Of a DNA stretch of 38,628 nt, positions 6,783 through 15,692 are shown in pieces (the first letter of the stretch is position 1; the number at the start of each line of letters is the position of its first letter). Position numbers and translations under genes: made by a program. The notes beneath the pieces were generated by a model. The model had not been told where the DNA came from. It did no database searches and worked only from the letters and a program-made list of their open reading frames with translations. The stretch is from a virus (taxonomy: Duplodnaviria; Heunggongvirae; Uroviricota; Caudoviricetes). The DNA is taken from the IMG/VR virus record IMGVR_UViG_2711768037_000009, positions 1 through 38,628 of that record. One strand, written 5' to 3'.

Positions 6783-7013
6783 TTATTTGTGTAAACTGAT
6801 TTTAAATCCCATTTCTACAAACGCTTTTAACATTAAAAATATATCAGCGTCGTTCACGTCTGCTTTTTTTCGCTCCTGGTCGCTCAATAAGTCAATTTTG
6901 CGCGTCGTTTCATCTATAAGCTCGACTGCGCGCCCAGCGTAACCAGCGATCCCAGCGATGCGATTAACATAATATTCATTATGGACGTTAACGCCAGCGA
7001 TAAGAACAAACAT
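6783..7013 (-). CDS. Small protein (76 aa), unknown
   Basis: ATG preceded by perfect SD AAGGAG at 8-nt spacing. Confidence 0.6.
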   Translation of the reverse strand: MFVLIAGVNVHNEYYVNRIAGIAGYAGRAVELIDETTRKIDLLSDQERKKADVNDADIFLMLKAFVEMGFKISLHK

Positions 7014-7034
7014 GATTAAGCTCCTTAAAAAAAA

Positions 7035-7238
7035 TTAAATAGAATTTTGAAGTTTTCCGATTAATGCGCTTAAACGTAAGTATTCACGTTTGCGCTTGCA
7101 ATCTCGCTTGCTGTTAAGTAAATCAGAAAACGTAAAATTTAATTGGTCGCGTTGCGCGATCAAATCATCGATTAATTCCAGTTTATAAGCGCGATACTTT
7201 GCGCGATATTCCGCGCGGATCTTGTCATAGCTGACCAT
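7035..7238 (-). CDS. Small basic coiled-coil protein (67 aa), unknown
   Basis: ATG preceded by AAGGAG; 21-nt gap to the downstream gene. Confidence 0.6.
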   Translation of the reverse strand: MVSYDKIRAEYRAKYRAYKLELIDDLIAQRDQLNFTFSDLLNSKRDCKRKREYLRLSALIGKLQNSI

Positions 7239-7254
7239 TTTAAAGCTCCTTTAA

Positions 7255-7273
7255 AGCGCCCATAGTGGGCGCT
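7255..7273. other. Hairpin AGCGCCC-atagt-GGGCGCT, inverted copy of the 6759-6777 hairpin
   Basis: Same stem, loop is the reverse complement; no U-tract. Confidence 0.5.
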
Positions 7274-7285
7274 TGATTCCATTAA

Positions 7286-7936
7286 TTACGCTTTGAAAGC
7301 ATCAGCTAAATAATTGTAGAAATCATTTTTAATGAAGCGATATTGCTGAGTACCAGCTTTTGCACTCCCAGCTCCTTTGACTTTTTCAACAAGTCCAAGA
7401 CGTTCGCAAAGATTGATCAACTGGTTGGCTTGAGTATAGCCAGCGTCCAATTTAATTTCGCACGCTTTTTTAGCTTCATTCATTAAATCGAAAACAGCGC
7501 CATTGGTGAACGTGTCGATCTCGTCGTTAATCATATCGATTAAAGCGAATACACGAGATCCAGACATATCAGCGACGGAATAAACACATTTTCCAGCTTT
7601 AATGGATTTAACCAAATAAACCAGTTTTTCCAGTGAATAACTATTAGTCATAGCGTCACGAAAAAATACTTCTGGCGCTTGTTTGCTTGCTTTAATCGCA
7701 TAGTAGAAAACAGAGCATAATTTTTCGTCTTCTACAGCGTTTACAACGTTGTTGATGAAGTAAGCAAGTTTAGTGGTCGCAGCTTGCATATTTGCTTTGT
7801 CTGCTTTAGTGTGCGTACCATTTTTATAATGTTCGTTATATGTTTGAGTTGCCAGATCTGCTTTTTCGCGCAGCTCGTCGGATACAATGGAAGCAGCTTC
7901 AATGATGGATTTTTTAGAAATGATAATGTTAGCCAT
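7286..7936 (-). CDS. Hypothetical protein (216 aa)
   Basis: ORF track 7286..7945; second ATG has AAGGA at proper spacing. Confidence 0.6.
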   Translation of the reverse strand: MANIIISKKSIIEAASIVSDELREKADLATQTYNEHYKNGTHTKADKANMQAATTKLAYFINNVVNAVEDEKLCSVFYYAIKASKQAPEVFFRDAMTNSYSLEKLVYLVKSIKAGKCVYSVADMSGSRVFALIDMINDEIDTFTNGAVFDLMNEAKKACEIKLDAGYTQANQLINLCERLGLVEKVKGAGSAKAGTQQYRFIKNDFYNYLADAFKA

Positions 7937-8197
7937 GTTGAACATCCTTACGAAAAATTAAAATGAATTTATTTTTTGCTGTCGTTAGCCAGCTCGCTTT
8001 CGACGAGTTCAATTATCGATACGTGAAAAAAGATTGCAAGTGTTTTTTTTAAATTTTTTGCAGGGGTGAAAGTCCTAGAAATAAAAGCGAGATCCTCGAA
8101 GGTGTTCCCTAAATAAATAATAAATTCCGGCTTTTGACCTTATATATTTATACGGGGAGAATTGAATGAGTGTTAAACGAAGGGCATGTAAAATAAT

Positions 8198-8215
8198 AAC
8201 CGGACTTAGCCGGTT
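8198..8215. other. Hairpin AACCGG-acttag-CCGGTT with extended AT stem; possible terminator after the 174-aa gene
   Basis: Inverted repeat seen directly; weak U-tract. Confidence 0.3.
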
Positions 8216-8231
8216 ATTATCCTTATAGAAA

Positions 8232-8756
8232 TTAAAACGGAAGGATTCGTTCAACCCAATCGAAGAAAACAAGTATTTTTCTTCCGTCTTTCAACTTAAG
8301 AGTGACCTGACAAGCATCAACGCCTCTTGATACCCCTTCTATTTCACGACCGTCTGCCATGTAGACCCTTATAGATTGGTCGTTTTGATAAGCCTTGCGA
8401 CATATCGCAAAAAAGTCACGGCGTGATGGCTGATTGTCAACATAGTCTGGATGTATTGTTAGCCTACCTTTGAACTCGCGAGCAATGCCATCGATTACAC
8501 CTGATTCAATTGTGCTAATGCGCTCAAGTGGGAGTCTTATACGATTTTCTTTATCATATGGAAGCGGGCATAAATCTAGCTTATTGCGGGAAGGCATTGT
8601 CCCCTGAACGTACATGCAAAACACCTGACCGTCTTCAAGCGTGACTCTTACAGGAATGTTGTTCTTCCGCCAGAACATAAGTATGTTTTCAGCATGTTCG
8701 TAGTCTCGCGGCCAGACTTCAGCCGGTATGCCGTAGGTGATGTCCAATGTTCTCAT
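8232..8756 (-). CDS. Hypothetical protein (174 aa) with two similar beta-rich segments
   Basis: ATG start; start overlaps the stop of the upstream gene; no domain recognised. Confidence 0.6.
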   Translation of the reverse strand: MRTLDITYGIPAEVWPRDYEHAENILMFWRKNNIPVRVTLEDGQVFCMYVQGTMPSRNKLDLCPLPYDKENRIRLPLERISTIESGVIDGIAREFKGRLTIHPDYVDNQPSRRDFFAICRKAYQNDQSIRVYMADGREIEGVSRGVDACQVTLKLKDGRKILVFFDWVERILPF

Positions 8757-9352
8757 TCTGATACTCTTAGAGGTGTTTTCAGCAACCCAAATTTAAATTC
8801 TTTGTTACCAACGACAAAGAAGGGAACCTCAACATAGATTTTTTTATCGACGGATTTAGAGTTCGCTGTTTTCTGTATGTCACGAATGATACGTTTTGAG
8901 ATATTTTCATCGATAAACAATACCTTTCCACTTGTATTCCCTTCAGCCTTGGCGTAAGTAACGATAGGCTCTTCATTGCCAACCCTAATGTTTACTTGGC
9001 AACCTGTTGTAGCCATTTCATCACAGTAAAGTGTGCCGTCTTGAACTTCTAAAACAATTCCAGATGGCTTCATGGCTTCGTCAGAGCTTACATTAACGTT
9101 TTCTGGTACAGCGGTCCCGTTAATTTGCAACCGTAATCTTTCTTTTCCTCCATTAAGTATTGTTTCTTCTGCGTTGTCTGAGAATCTGAACCAAACTGGC
9201 TGATTCAGACCTCGTGATTTGTATTCTACTACGTCTTCGGAGGTAAACATGCTGTACGTTTTTTGCATGTCAGAGACGAAATCTGATAATGCGTTGGCGG
9301 AAAACGCCGGGAGGTATATACAAGCAAGGAGTAACGAAAGTTTCATTTTCAT
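8753..9352 (-). CDS. Predicted secreted protein or lipoprotein (signal peptide MKMKLSLLLAC...)
   Basis: ORF track 8753..9367; first ATG at 9352; hydrophobic N-terminus with a lipobox-like LLAC, then AFSANA. Confidence 0.6.
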   Translation of the reverse strand: MKMKLSLLLACIYLPAFSANALSDFVSDMQKTYSMFTSEDVVEYKSRGLNQPVWFRFSDNAEETILNGGKERLRLQINGTAVPENVNVSSDEAMKPSGIVLEVQDGTLYCDEMATTGCQVNIRVGNEEPIVTYAKAEGNTSGKVLFIDENISKRIIRDIQKTANSKSVDKKIYVEVPFFVVGNKEFKFGLLKTPLRVSE

Positions 9353-9367
9353 ATCATGATAATCCAA

Positions 9368-9856
9368 TTATTTAACATCACACTTTCTAAGTTTTTCTAT
9401 TTGTTCTAATTTTTCATGATCGTCATTTAGATTTCCTTCGACTATCTCCGTTTCAAGTTTGCTGATTAGCATGTTAAGTGCGTTGTAGTTATTGCATTTT
9501 ACTTTGTAGGCGTAGTATGACCTTGTCCCTGGTTTTTGTACACCCATATCATTAAAGTTAGAGCTTAAAGTATAACCTTCAAGTTCAACCCCTTTTATTG
9601 TTGGAAGAATTATATTTAATGGTTCTAATTTAAATGGGTAGATATAAATATGTGATATGAAGTACTCTTCTGAAGAGATTTTCTTCATGTCTTTTGTGAT
9701 TGAAACTGAATATTTATGGTTGCGAGTGATATAAAATTTTGTACATTTGTACGGCTCTAAGTTGAATAGATAATATTTGTCTTTAAAAAGAACATCTTTT
9801 CCATGTGATATTTTATGTCGTAAAGAGTTAATTATTTTGTTTATAGAAATACTCAT
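9368..9856 (-). CDS. Hypothetical protein (162 aa), very AT-rich gene
   Basis: ATG start; composition visibly more AT-rich than flanking genes; own upstream regulatory region. Confidence 0.6.
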   Translation of the reverse strand: MSISINKIINSLRHKISHGKDVLFKDKYYLFNLEPYKCTKFYITRNHKYSVSITKDMKKISSEEYFISHIYIYPFKLEPLNIILPTIKGVELEGYTLSSNFNDMGVQKPGTRSYYAYKVKCNNYNALNMLISKLETEIVEGNLNDDHEKLEQIEKLRKCDVK

Positions 9857-9949
9857 CTACAGTATCCGACCTTAGTTATCAATTGAAAAGCCTACAAATA
9901 TCGTTCAGCCAATCAAGAAATTTTTTCAGCCGGAGATGTGTACTTCAAA

Positions 9950-9971
9950 AAATGTGATGAATGTCACATGC
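9950..9971. promoter_or_regulatory. CRP-like binding site AAATGTGA-tgaatg-TCACATGC
   Basis: Matches TGTGA-N6-TCACA in both half-sites; ~100 bp upstream of the 9856 start on the minus strand. Confidence 0.45.
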
Positions 9972-10001
9972 GGGTGCTCTCATACACCTGCATGTAGACT
10001 A

Positions 10002-10568
10002 TTAATTATTCAATAATCTATATTTTCTTTTGATTAAATCTTCACCTTTTTTGGTGAACGCAAAACCAAATTGCGATTTTTTGTTTAGACGAAGGACTCT
10101 GTTATCCAACGCATCGATTGATGGAATCAATGTTTGATCATCTATCCAATTAAGCAGAGTAAGAAAGTTCAGCAGCCTCAACGTTGTTGTGCGAAGCTCT
10201 TTCGATATATTTTCAATGCTGGCAATTCGTCTTTGTTTTTTCTCAGGTGGTACAGATAATTGTTCTTGAGGTTTCGAGAATAGATAATCAATTTCGTTTG
10301 CTGCATCGAATGATATGTGTGGCGTAATTTTTCTAAAAAAGCCTTTCGCTGACTCACTTGATAATAAACCAGATCTATTCATATCGTTTGTTATTCTGTA
10401 CAGGAGTGGACTGTGTTTCATTTCAGGATAACGTTGATAAAAGTTAAGCAATTCAAAAGCAGCATTAGCACCAACAAGAAAATCAGAAGGATCGCTGACT
10501 TTCCAGAAAGAATGATTTTTCTTAGCGCCAGTGGTGTCAACAAATGATAATTCTTTTAACCAACTCAT
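10002..10568 (-). CDS. Hypothetical protein (188 aa)
   Basis: ORF track 10002..10601; ATG at residue 12 preceded by AAAGGAG. Confidence 0.6.
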   Translation of the reverse strand: MSWLKELSFVDTTGAKKNHSFWKVSDPSDFLVGANAAFELLNFYQRYPEMKHSPLLYRITNDMNRSGLLSSESAKGFFRKITPHISFDAANEIDYLFSKPQEQLSVPPEKKQRRIASIENISKELRTTTLRLLNFLTLLNWIDDQTLIPSIDALDNRVLRLNKKSQFGFAFTKKGEDLIKRKYRLLNN

Positions 10569-10633
10569 GATGTGCTCCTTTCTAACAAGTGAGCACATCA
10601 TAGAATTAGTAGATAGGGGGTAAATATGAAATG

Positions 10634-10912
10634 TTACGGCAACCTGCTCAGTATTTCCTCTAAATCTTTTTTTGTCATATTGGAGTTTTCATAGATGCGC
10701 ATGATTTTCTCACGCGTCTTAGCGGAAACCCCAACGGCAGATGTGACTTTGTCAAATTCAGCCATAGTCATCGTCTCCAGAATGGCATTGATAACTTCAG
10801 CCTTAGACATCTTGATTTTTTTCTCTTTGAGTTTTATTTGAAATTTTCCAAGTTTTTCATTGGCCTTATCAGACAATGCCACTTGGCAATAAGTTGTTTT
10901 CTTTTCGCTCAT
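10634..10912 (-). CDS. Small protein (92 aa), possible ribbon-helix-helix type DNA-binding protein
   Basis: ATG start 3 nt downstream of the helicase stop; Lys-rich N-terminus; fold call is weak. Confidence 0.5.
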   Translation of the reverse strand: MSEKKTTYCQVALSDKANEKLGKFQIKLKEKKIKMSKAEVINAILETMTMAEFDKVTSAVGVSAKTREKIMRIYENSNMTKKDLEEILSRLP

Positions 10913-10914
10913 AA

Positions 10915-12474
10915 CTAATCTCGTTTCAGAACTCTAAAATCGAATGCGCCATCAATAGGCAATACACCTTCCGCAAAGCCAGGTGTGGTGTCGATGATGT
11001 GTTTTCGCTCATAAGAGTGAGACAACAGATATTTGTTGCTAATGTCAATAAAATCAGTGATAAAACATACGTTTGCCTGATTCTTCTTGGCTCGTAAGCC
11101 ACGACCGACACGCTGTCTCATTTCAACTTCTGCTTTCCCACCACCAGCAAGAATGACCGCACCAACGCTTGGCACATCAACACCAACATCCAGAATAGTC
11201 GAGCCTATTAAAACATCTATTTCACCAGATGCTAAACTGTTCAGCTTTGCTTGCCTTGTCGTCTGGTTAGATTCACCATAGATGAAATCAACTCTAAGAC
11301 CTGACTCCTTCATCATCTCCATCAGGATTTGCCCGTGGCGTTTAAGACGAACCAGAGTCATGCAGTTGAGTGAATGTTGTTTATAAAGCAATGCCTCGCG
11401 CACTATGGCCTCATTACGTCCCAAATTATACACGATCCCCAACTGATAAGCCTTTTGGTAGGCGGTGCTCATACCAACTCTAAAATTGAGGTGTTTGTTG
11501 GCAAGTTCGGCCTTGATTCTGGCCTCGTCTGGCTTGTAGGCAACTTTATGATAAAGGAAGTACGGCTTTGCCAGAATGCCTCGATCAATCAGGTACTTTT
11601 CTGTGACTTTAATTTCAATTCGCCCGGCCACAGCCATCAGACGCATGTTGGCTTCTGTAGAATCCTTCATGAACGGCGTGGCTGTAAGCGCCAGACGATA
11701 GTCTGCGTTCACACATAATCTGGCAATGTCATAGAAATTAGAACCTGAAGACTCATGCGCCTCTTCCAGAATAAGCAGAGATACACTTGAAAGGAAGCGT
11801 TTCACCAAGTCCCGACGTTTGAGGTGGTAGCTCTTCTTATCTGGAGTTGCATCGCGTGGTGGCTCTTCAAGGAAACTTGCCAGAGTTTGAACTGTAGCGA
11901 CGTTGATATGTCGTGATACCTGGAACTCACCCGAGCCAATTACTCCAACCTCTTGGTCCTTTAACCACGGTTCGCCATTTTCGGCGCGGTAGTCGATGGA
12001 TCTCTGGAAGTTTTCGGCCATTTGAAACATCAGAACAGAGCGGGTTGTTAAAAATAATGTCATTCGACCGATACGTGCAGCTGCTTTGCAGGCAACGTTA
12101 GATTTCCCGCCACCAGTAGCGATCTGCGCAATCATCATTCCCTCTCGAACCAGTGTTTCTACTGTCTGATCTTGGTACGCATAATCAGGGTTGTATGGAA
12201 ATGGGTTAACCGCCGGATTTGGTTTACCCAGCGCCGGGGCTTTGTCTTTGCGGATATGAACACATTTGATGCCCGCCTTGTTCAAATTAGCCGCCACGGG
12301 CTTGGCAAAGCCAGCAGGGAACGAGTTTTTGCTCCAGTTGAACATTGTGCTTGTGCCCTTCCAGTCGCCAGCCTCGACTTCGTAGCTCAACATTTGCTGC
12401 ACCAGTTGCTTTACCTTGTCATCTGCGCCAGAAATAAGCGCATTTACTGCGTTAGATACAATCCGAACAGTCAT
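10915..12474 (-). CDS. Superfamily-2 (DEAD/DEAH-box type) helicase, 519 aa
   Basis: Walker A ATGGGKS, motif II LILEEAHE, motif III LTATP, motif VI QRVGRGLR; GAGG SD before the ATG. Confidence 0.85.
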   Translation of the reverse strand: MTVRIVSNAVNALISGADDKVKQLVQQMLSYEVEAGDWKGTSTMFNWSKNSFPAGFAKPVAANLNKAGIKCVHIRKDKAPALGKPNPAVNPFPYNPDYAYQDQTVETLVREGMMIAQIATGGGKSNVACKAAARIGRMTLFLTTRSVLMFQMAENFQRSIDYRAENGEPWLKDQEVGVIGSGEFQVSRHINVATVQTLASFLEEPPRDATPDKKSYHLKRRDLVKRFLSSVSLLILEEAHESSGSNFYDIARLCVNADYRLALTATPFMKDSTEANMRLMAVAGRIEIKVTEKYLIDRGILAKPYFLYHKVAYKPDEARIKAELANKHLNFRVGMSTAYQKAYQLGIVYNLGRNEAIVREALLYKQHSLNCMTLVRLKRHGQILMEMMKESGLRVDFIYGESNQTTRQAKLNSLASGEIDVLIGSTILDVGVDVPSVGAVILAGGGKAEVEMRQRVGRGLRAKKNQANVCFITDFIDISNKYLLSHSYERKHIIDTTPGFAEGVLPIDGAFDFRVLKRD

Positions 12475-12513
12475 AAACCTCTTTCCTTAGTGCCTTTTGT
12501 ATGTTATTTGGCT

Positions 12514-12527
12514 ATTATAATAAGTAA
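12514..12527. promoter_or_regulatory. TATAAT -10-like element within the ATAATAAGTA motif, in the divergent region between the helicase and ParB-like genes
   Basis: GCTATTATAATAAGTAAGTAACTACTTAG; TATAAT readable on both strands. Confidence 0.4.
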
Positions 12528-12556
12528 GTAACTACTTAGTGGAATGTAGCAATAAA

Positions 12557-13237
12557 ATGGACGTAAAAATCACGATTTTGCAGGTTGATGTTGCCAACCT
12601 TCGCCCGAATACCTGGAACACCAATTCGGTTGGTGCGCAGAATTTCGAAAAACTGAAAGGTTCTATCGAAAAATTGGGCTTTTTTAAGCCAATTTTGGCT
12701 CGTGAGCTTGAAGATGGATTTTTTGAAATCCTCGGCGGCGAACATCGCTGGCGTGCTGCTATTGAGCAAGGAATTTCAACGGTTCCTGTGCTTTCTGTGG
12801 GCAAAATTAGCGATGTCGTGGCAAAACAGATGTCACTGGTGGACAACGAGCGATACGGTGAAGACGACCAAATCGCATTGCAACGCTTCATTGAAGAAAT
12901 TCAGTCAGAACTTGACTATCAACTGTCTGAAATCGCCCCGTATGACGACGAAATCTCGATGGTTTTAGCAAAAGAGGCGGCAATCGACCTTGAAGCACTG
13001 GAGGCGTTGTCTCGTGGTAGTGATGAGCCTGTCGATACCGACAAACGAGAGAAAACCGAACGTGTGGGTGCGGAACATCAGACCATGCGCTTCAAAGTAA
13101 CTTTCGATGCGTCAGATCGTGTTGCAGAAACCATAAAAAACATCATCAAAGAGCAGGCTATTAACACCGGTAATGAAATGGAGAACGCTGGTGAGGCTCT
13201 GGTGTGGCTGGTCGACTACTACAAGGAGCGTATGTAA
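12557..13237 (+). CDS. ParB/Srx-superfamily (ParB-like nuclease domain) protein 1
   Basis: ORF track 12539..13237; ATG at 12557; ParB-box-like GGEHRWRAA. Confidence 0.7.
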   Translation: MDVKITILQVDVANLRPNTWNTNSVGAQNFEKLKGSIEKLGFFKPILARELEDGFFEILGGEHRWRAAIEQGISTVPVLSVGKISDVVAKQMSLVDNERYGEDDQIALQRFIEEIQSELDYQLSEIAPYDDEISMVLAKEAAIDLEALEALSRGSDEPVDTDKREKTERVGAEHQTMRFKVTFDASDRVAETIKNIIKEQAINTGNEMENAGEALVWLVDYYKERM

Positions 13238-13905
13238 TGACCAAAAAGTTTGAAATCGTATATCGCGACCCGGCAGATCTTATTCCCTATGAGATGAATG
13301 CCAAAAAGCATGATGAACAGCAGATCCGAGATCTAGCCGCAGCCATTAAAAAGCGCGGATTTGACCAGCCAATTACGGTCGATAAGAACGACGTAATTAT
13401 TACTGGCCACGGCCGCCGTGAGGCTGCAATTTTTGCTGGACTTGAGCGCGTACCGGTTATTGTTCGCGATGATCTCAGTGATGACGAGGTTCGTGCGAAG
13501 CGCCTTGAAGATAACCGACTTGCCAGCATTGATTACGATGCAATTAAGCTACAGAAAGAGCTTGAGTCGCTTGTTCTGGACGATATCGAGGTTTTCGGCT
13601 TTGAAGAGCGTGAGTTGAATGTTCTCGTTGGCAGCATGACAGAAGAAATGGACACCGACTCGCTAGTTATCGATCTTGGCGAAGAAACTAAACGACAGAA
13701 GGATGAACACACCGAGATCAGTCGCGAAGTTGCAGCGGAAGAAGTACGTGTTGTCGACGTATTGGGCTTTAAAACGCTTCCTGCTGGCTCTGCCATTGTT
13801 GTTGGTGATTTGCTTGCCCACATGGAAGAAATGACGGGAGAAAGCGGGGTAGACGCATTTGTGGCATATGCGGAGAAGATCTCTTCCGGGGAGATGGCTG
13901 CATGA
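13237..13905 (+). CDS. ParB/Srx-superfamily (ParB-like nuclease domain) protein 2
   Basis: ATG overlaps the upstream TAA; AAGGAG at 9-nt spacing; ParB-box-like GHGRREAA. Confidence 0.7.
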   Translation: MTKKFEIVYRDPADLIPYEMNAKKHDEQQIRDLAAAIKKRGFDQPITVDKNDVIITGHGRREAAIFAGLERVPVIVRDDLSDDEVRAKRLEDNRLASIDYDAIKLQKELESLVLDDIEVFGFEERELNVLVGSMTEEMDTDSLVIDLGEETKRQKDEHTEISREVAAEEVRVVDVLGFKTLPAGSAIVVGDLLAHMEEMTGESGVDAFVAYAEKISSGEMAA

Positions 13906-14540
13906 GCAAATACATCATCAACGTATCGTTTCAGACTCGCGTAAATAAAACCACGCGCACGCTGGAAATCGCCGAGTCGTTCGGGCTTGGCTTGGACGAA
14001 AAAGAGTGGACGCTTTACGACAATCTGGAGCTGGAAGTGAAGCAGGGCGATGTGGTGTACATCACCGGCCAATCCGGTTCCGGCAAATCCGTTGTGCTGC
14101 GCGAGTTGCAACGACAGATGAAGGATGAAGGGCTGTCTGTAGCCTCCATCGATGATTTTACCTTCGATAATGAGGTTAACGTCATCGATCAGTTGGGCAA
14201 AACGACCAGTGGTGCGCTTGGGTTGTTATCTATGGCTGGTCTGAACGATGCATATCTGTTTGTTCGCAAGCCTTCTGAAATGTCAGACGGTCAGAAATAT
14301 CGTCTCAAGATTGCCAAACTGATTGAGTCAGGCGCTAAAGTGTGGGCTGCTGACGAGTTCGGGGCTGTTCTAGACCGTGTAACCGCTCAGGTTGTGGCAT
14401 CTAACCTCCAGCGTGCCGCTCGAAAGGTTGGTGCGACGGTAATGGTGGCGACGACTCACGAAGACCTGAAGAACGCGCTGCGCCCGGATATGCAGATCAC
14501 CAAGCACTACAAAGAACGCGTGAAGGTGGAATATGCCTGA
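13902..14540 (+). CDS. Minimal ABC-type ATPase (212 aa)
   Basis: Walker A GQSGSGKS, signature-like SDGQK, Walker B VWAADEF, H-loop TTHE; start overlaps upstream stop. Confidence 0.7.
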   Translation: MSKYIINVSFQTRVNKTTRTLEIAESFGLGLDEKEWTLYDNLELEVKQGDVVYITGQSGSGKSVVLRELQRQMKDEGLSVASIDDFTFDNEVNVIDQLGKTTSGALGLLSMAGLNDAYLFVRKPSEMSDGQKYRLKIAKLIESGAKVWAADEFGAVLDRVTAQVVASNLQRAARKVGATVMVATTHEDLKNALRPDMQITKHYKERVKVEYA

Positions 14541-14787
14541 TTTGAAGATCGTAGAGCTGAAGCCATCGAAAGAGACTGATAACAACAACGTGGAAGTCAT
14601 CCGCCTGCTGGAAGAAGCACTTCAGCACGCCAGAGAAGGAAAAAGCCAGAGCCTAGCGCTGTTGATGATCAACAACGACGGCAGTGTTCTTGATTGCTGG
14701 CATAACGGCGGGCGCCCGTATGTCATGGTAGGGGCGATGGAGTCTCTTCGCCTTGATTTCATCAATGCCAATATCGAGCGCAGGTGA
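14533..14787 (+). CDS. Hypothetical protein (84 aa)
   Basis: ATG overlapping the upstream stop (translational coupling). Confidence 0.55.
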   Translation: MPDLKIVELKPSKETDNNNVEVIRLLEEALQHAREGKSQSLALLMINNDGSVLDCWHNGGRPYVMVGAMESLRLDFINANIERR

Positions 14788-14792
14788 TCGAC

Positions 14793-15683
14793 ATGGCAGA
14801 TATCATCATCAAACGCTACCGCCCTGAAGAGTTTCCGCGTCATCTGGACTTTCTGGAGCGAATGACTGTCACAAAGGGAACTGTAGAGGACTGGCACGCT
14901 CTTAAGTCGCTTCACTACAAAACAGACGGCAAACCTTTCGCGCCAACATACTATCGCTGCGAACTGGATGACCGTCTGGTGGGCGTCGTGGTTATGGCTT
15001 ACCCGAAACTTCTGCTGGCACCTCGCCATCGCATGTTTCCTAAGTTGAAACCAACCACCAATACCACCGTGGCTAACCAGTACTGGGGCCGGTACGTGAA
15101 TAACAACTTTGCGGTGATCAGCCGCTCAGTTGTGGATACTCAGTACCGTGGCGTAGGCGTCTCTTATCGAATGATTAACCTAGTTAGCAGGATGCATGAC
15201 CGGCCAATCATTGAGATCCAGTCCTCGATGAGCAAATACAATCCCTTCGCCATGAAAGCAGGGTTCAAGTTCATCCGCCCTGAGCGACCGAAGAGCTATG
15301 AAAGTGCACTGCGTGTGTTCCAGCGCCATTTCCGTTCCGACCCGGGTGATAACGAGGCGATCGTCAAAGAGTTGTTCGCAATGAGCGAGTCCCGTCGTCG
15401 CCGTGCACTGCGAGATCTGGTGGCGGACTACCACAAGAACAGTTCCCTGGCAAAAGCTGGGAGGAATCGTGGAACGACAATTCAAGACATTGCCGACAGT
15501 CTGGTGGACGAGGCCAGCATTGTGAAGCTGCTCAAGGACATTCACAACCTGAGCTTTACGTCCCCGCTGTATGGTGTGTACCGAAACCCTGACTTTGGTC
15601 GTCGACTGCCTGACACGCTGCCACTGCTGGCATTCGACAAACAACCTTTGGATAAACCGTTAGAAATTGCTTTACCGGCATAA
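14793..15683 (+). CDS. Hypothetical protein (296 aa), possible GNAT-like acetyltransferase fold in the N-terminal half
   Basis: ORF track 14784..15683; ATG at 14793 after AGGTGA; segment RSVVDTQYRGVGVSYRMINLV resembles GNAT motif A (weak). Confidence 0.55.
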   Translation: MADIIIKRYRPEEFPRHLDFLERMTVTKGTVEDWHALKSLHYKTDGKPFAPTYYRCELDDRLVGVVVMAYPKLLLAPRHRMFPKLKPTTNTTVANQYWGRYVNNNFAVISRSVVDTQYRGVGVSYRMINLVSRMHDRPIIEIQSSMSKYNPFAMKAGFKFIRPERPKSYESALRVFQRHFRSDPGDNEAIVKELFAMSESRRRRALRDLVADYHKNSSLAKAGRNRGTTIQDIADSLVDEASIVKLLKDIHNLSFTSPLYGVYRNPDFGRRLPDTLPLLAFDKQPLDKPLEIALPA

Positions 15684-15692
15684 GGATTTGCC

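Noticed and set aside
8166-8228. 20-codon plus-strand ORF (MSVKRRACKIITGLSRLLSL) with a GGGGAG RBS between minus-strand genes
   Set aside because: Too short to support from sequence alone, and it overlaps the hairpin at ~8198-8215; left unannotated
11087-12531. Plus-strand ORFs antisense to the helicase gene (11087..11281, 11374..11718, 11913..12101, 12172..12531)
   Set aside because: Embedded within a confidently called minus-strand helicase gene; no RBS or conservation signal
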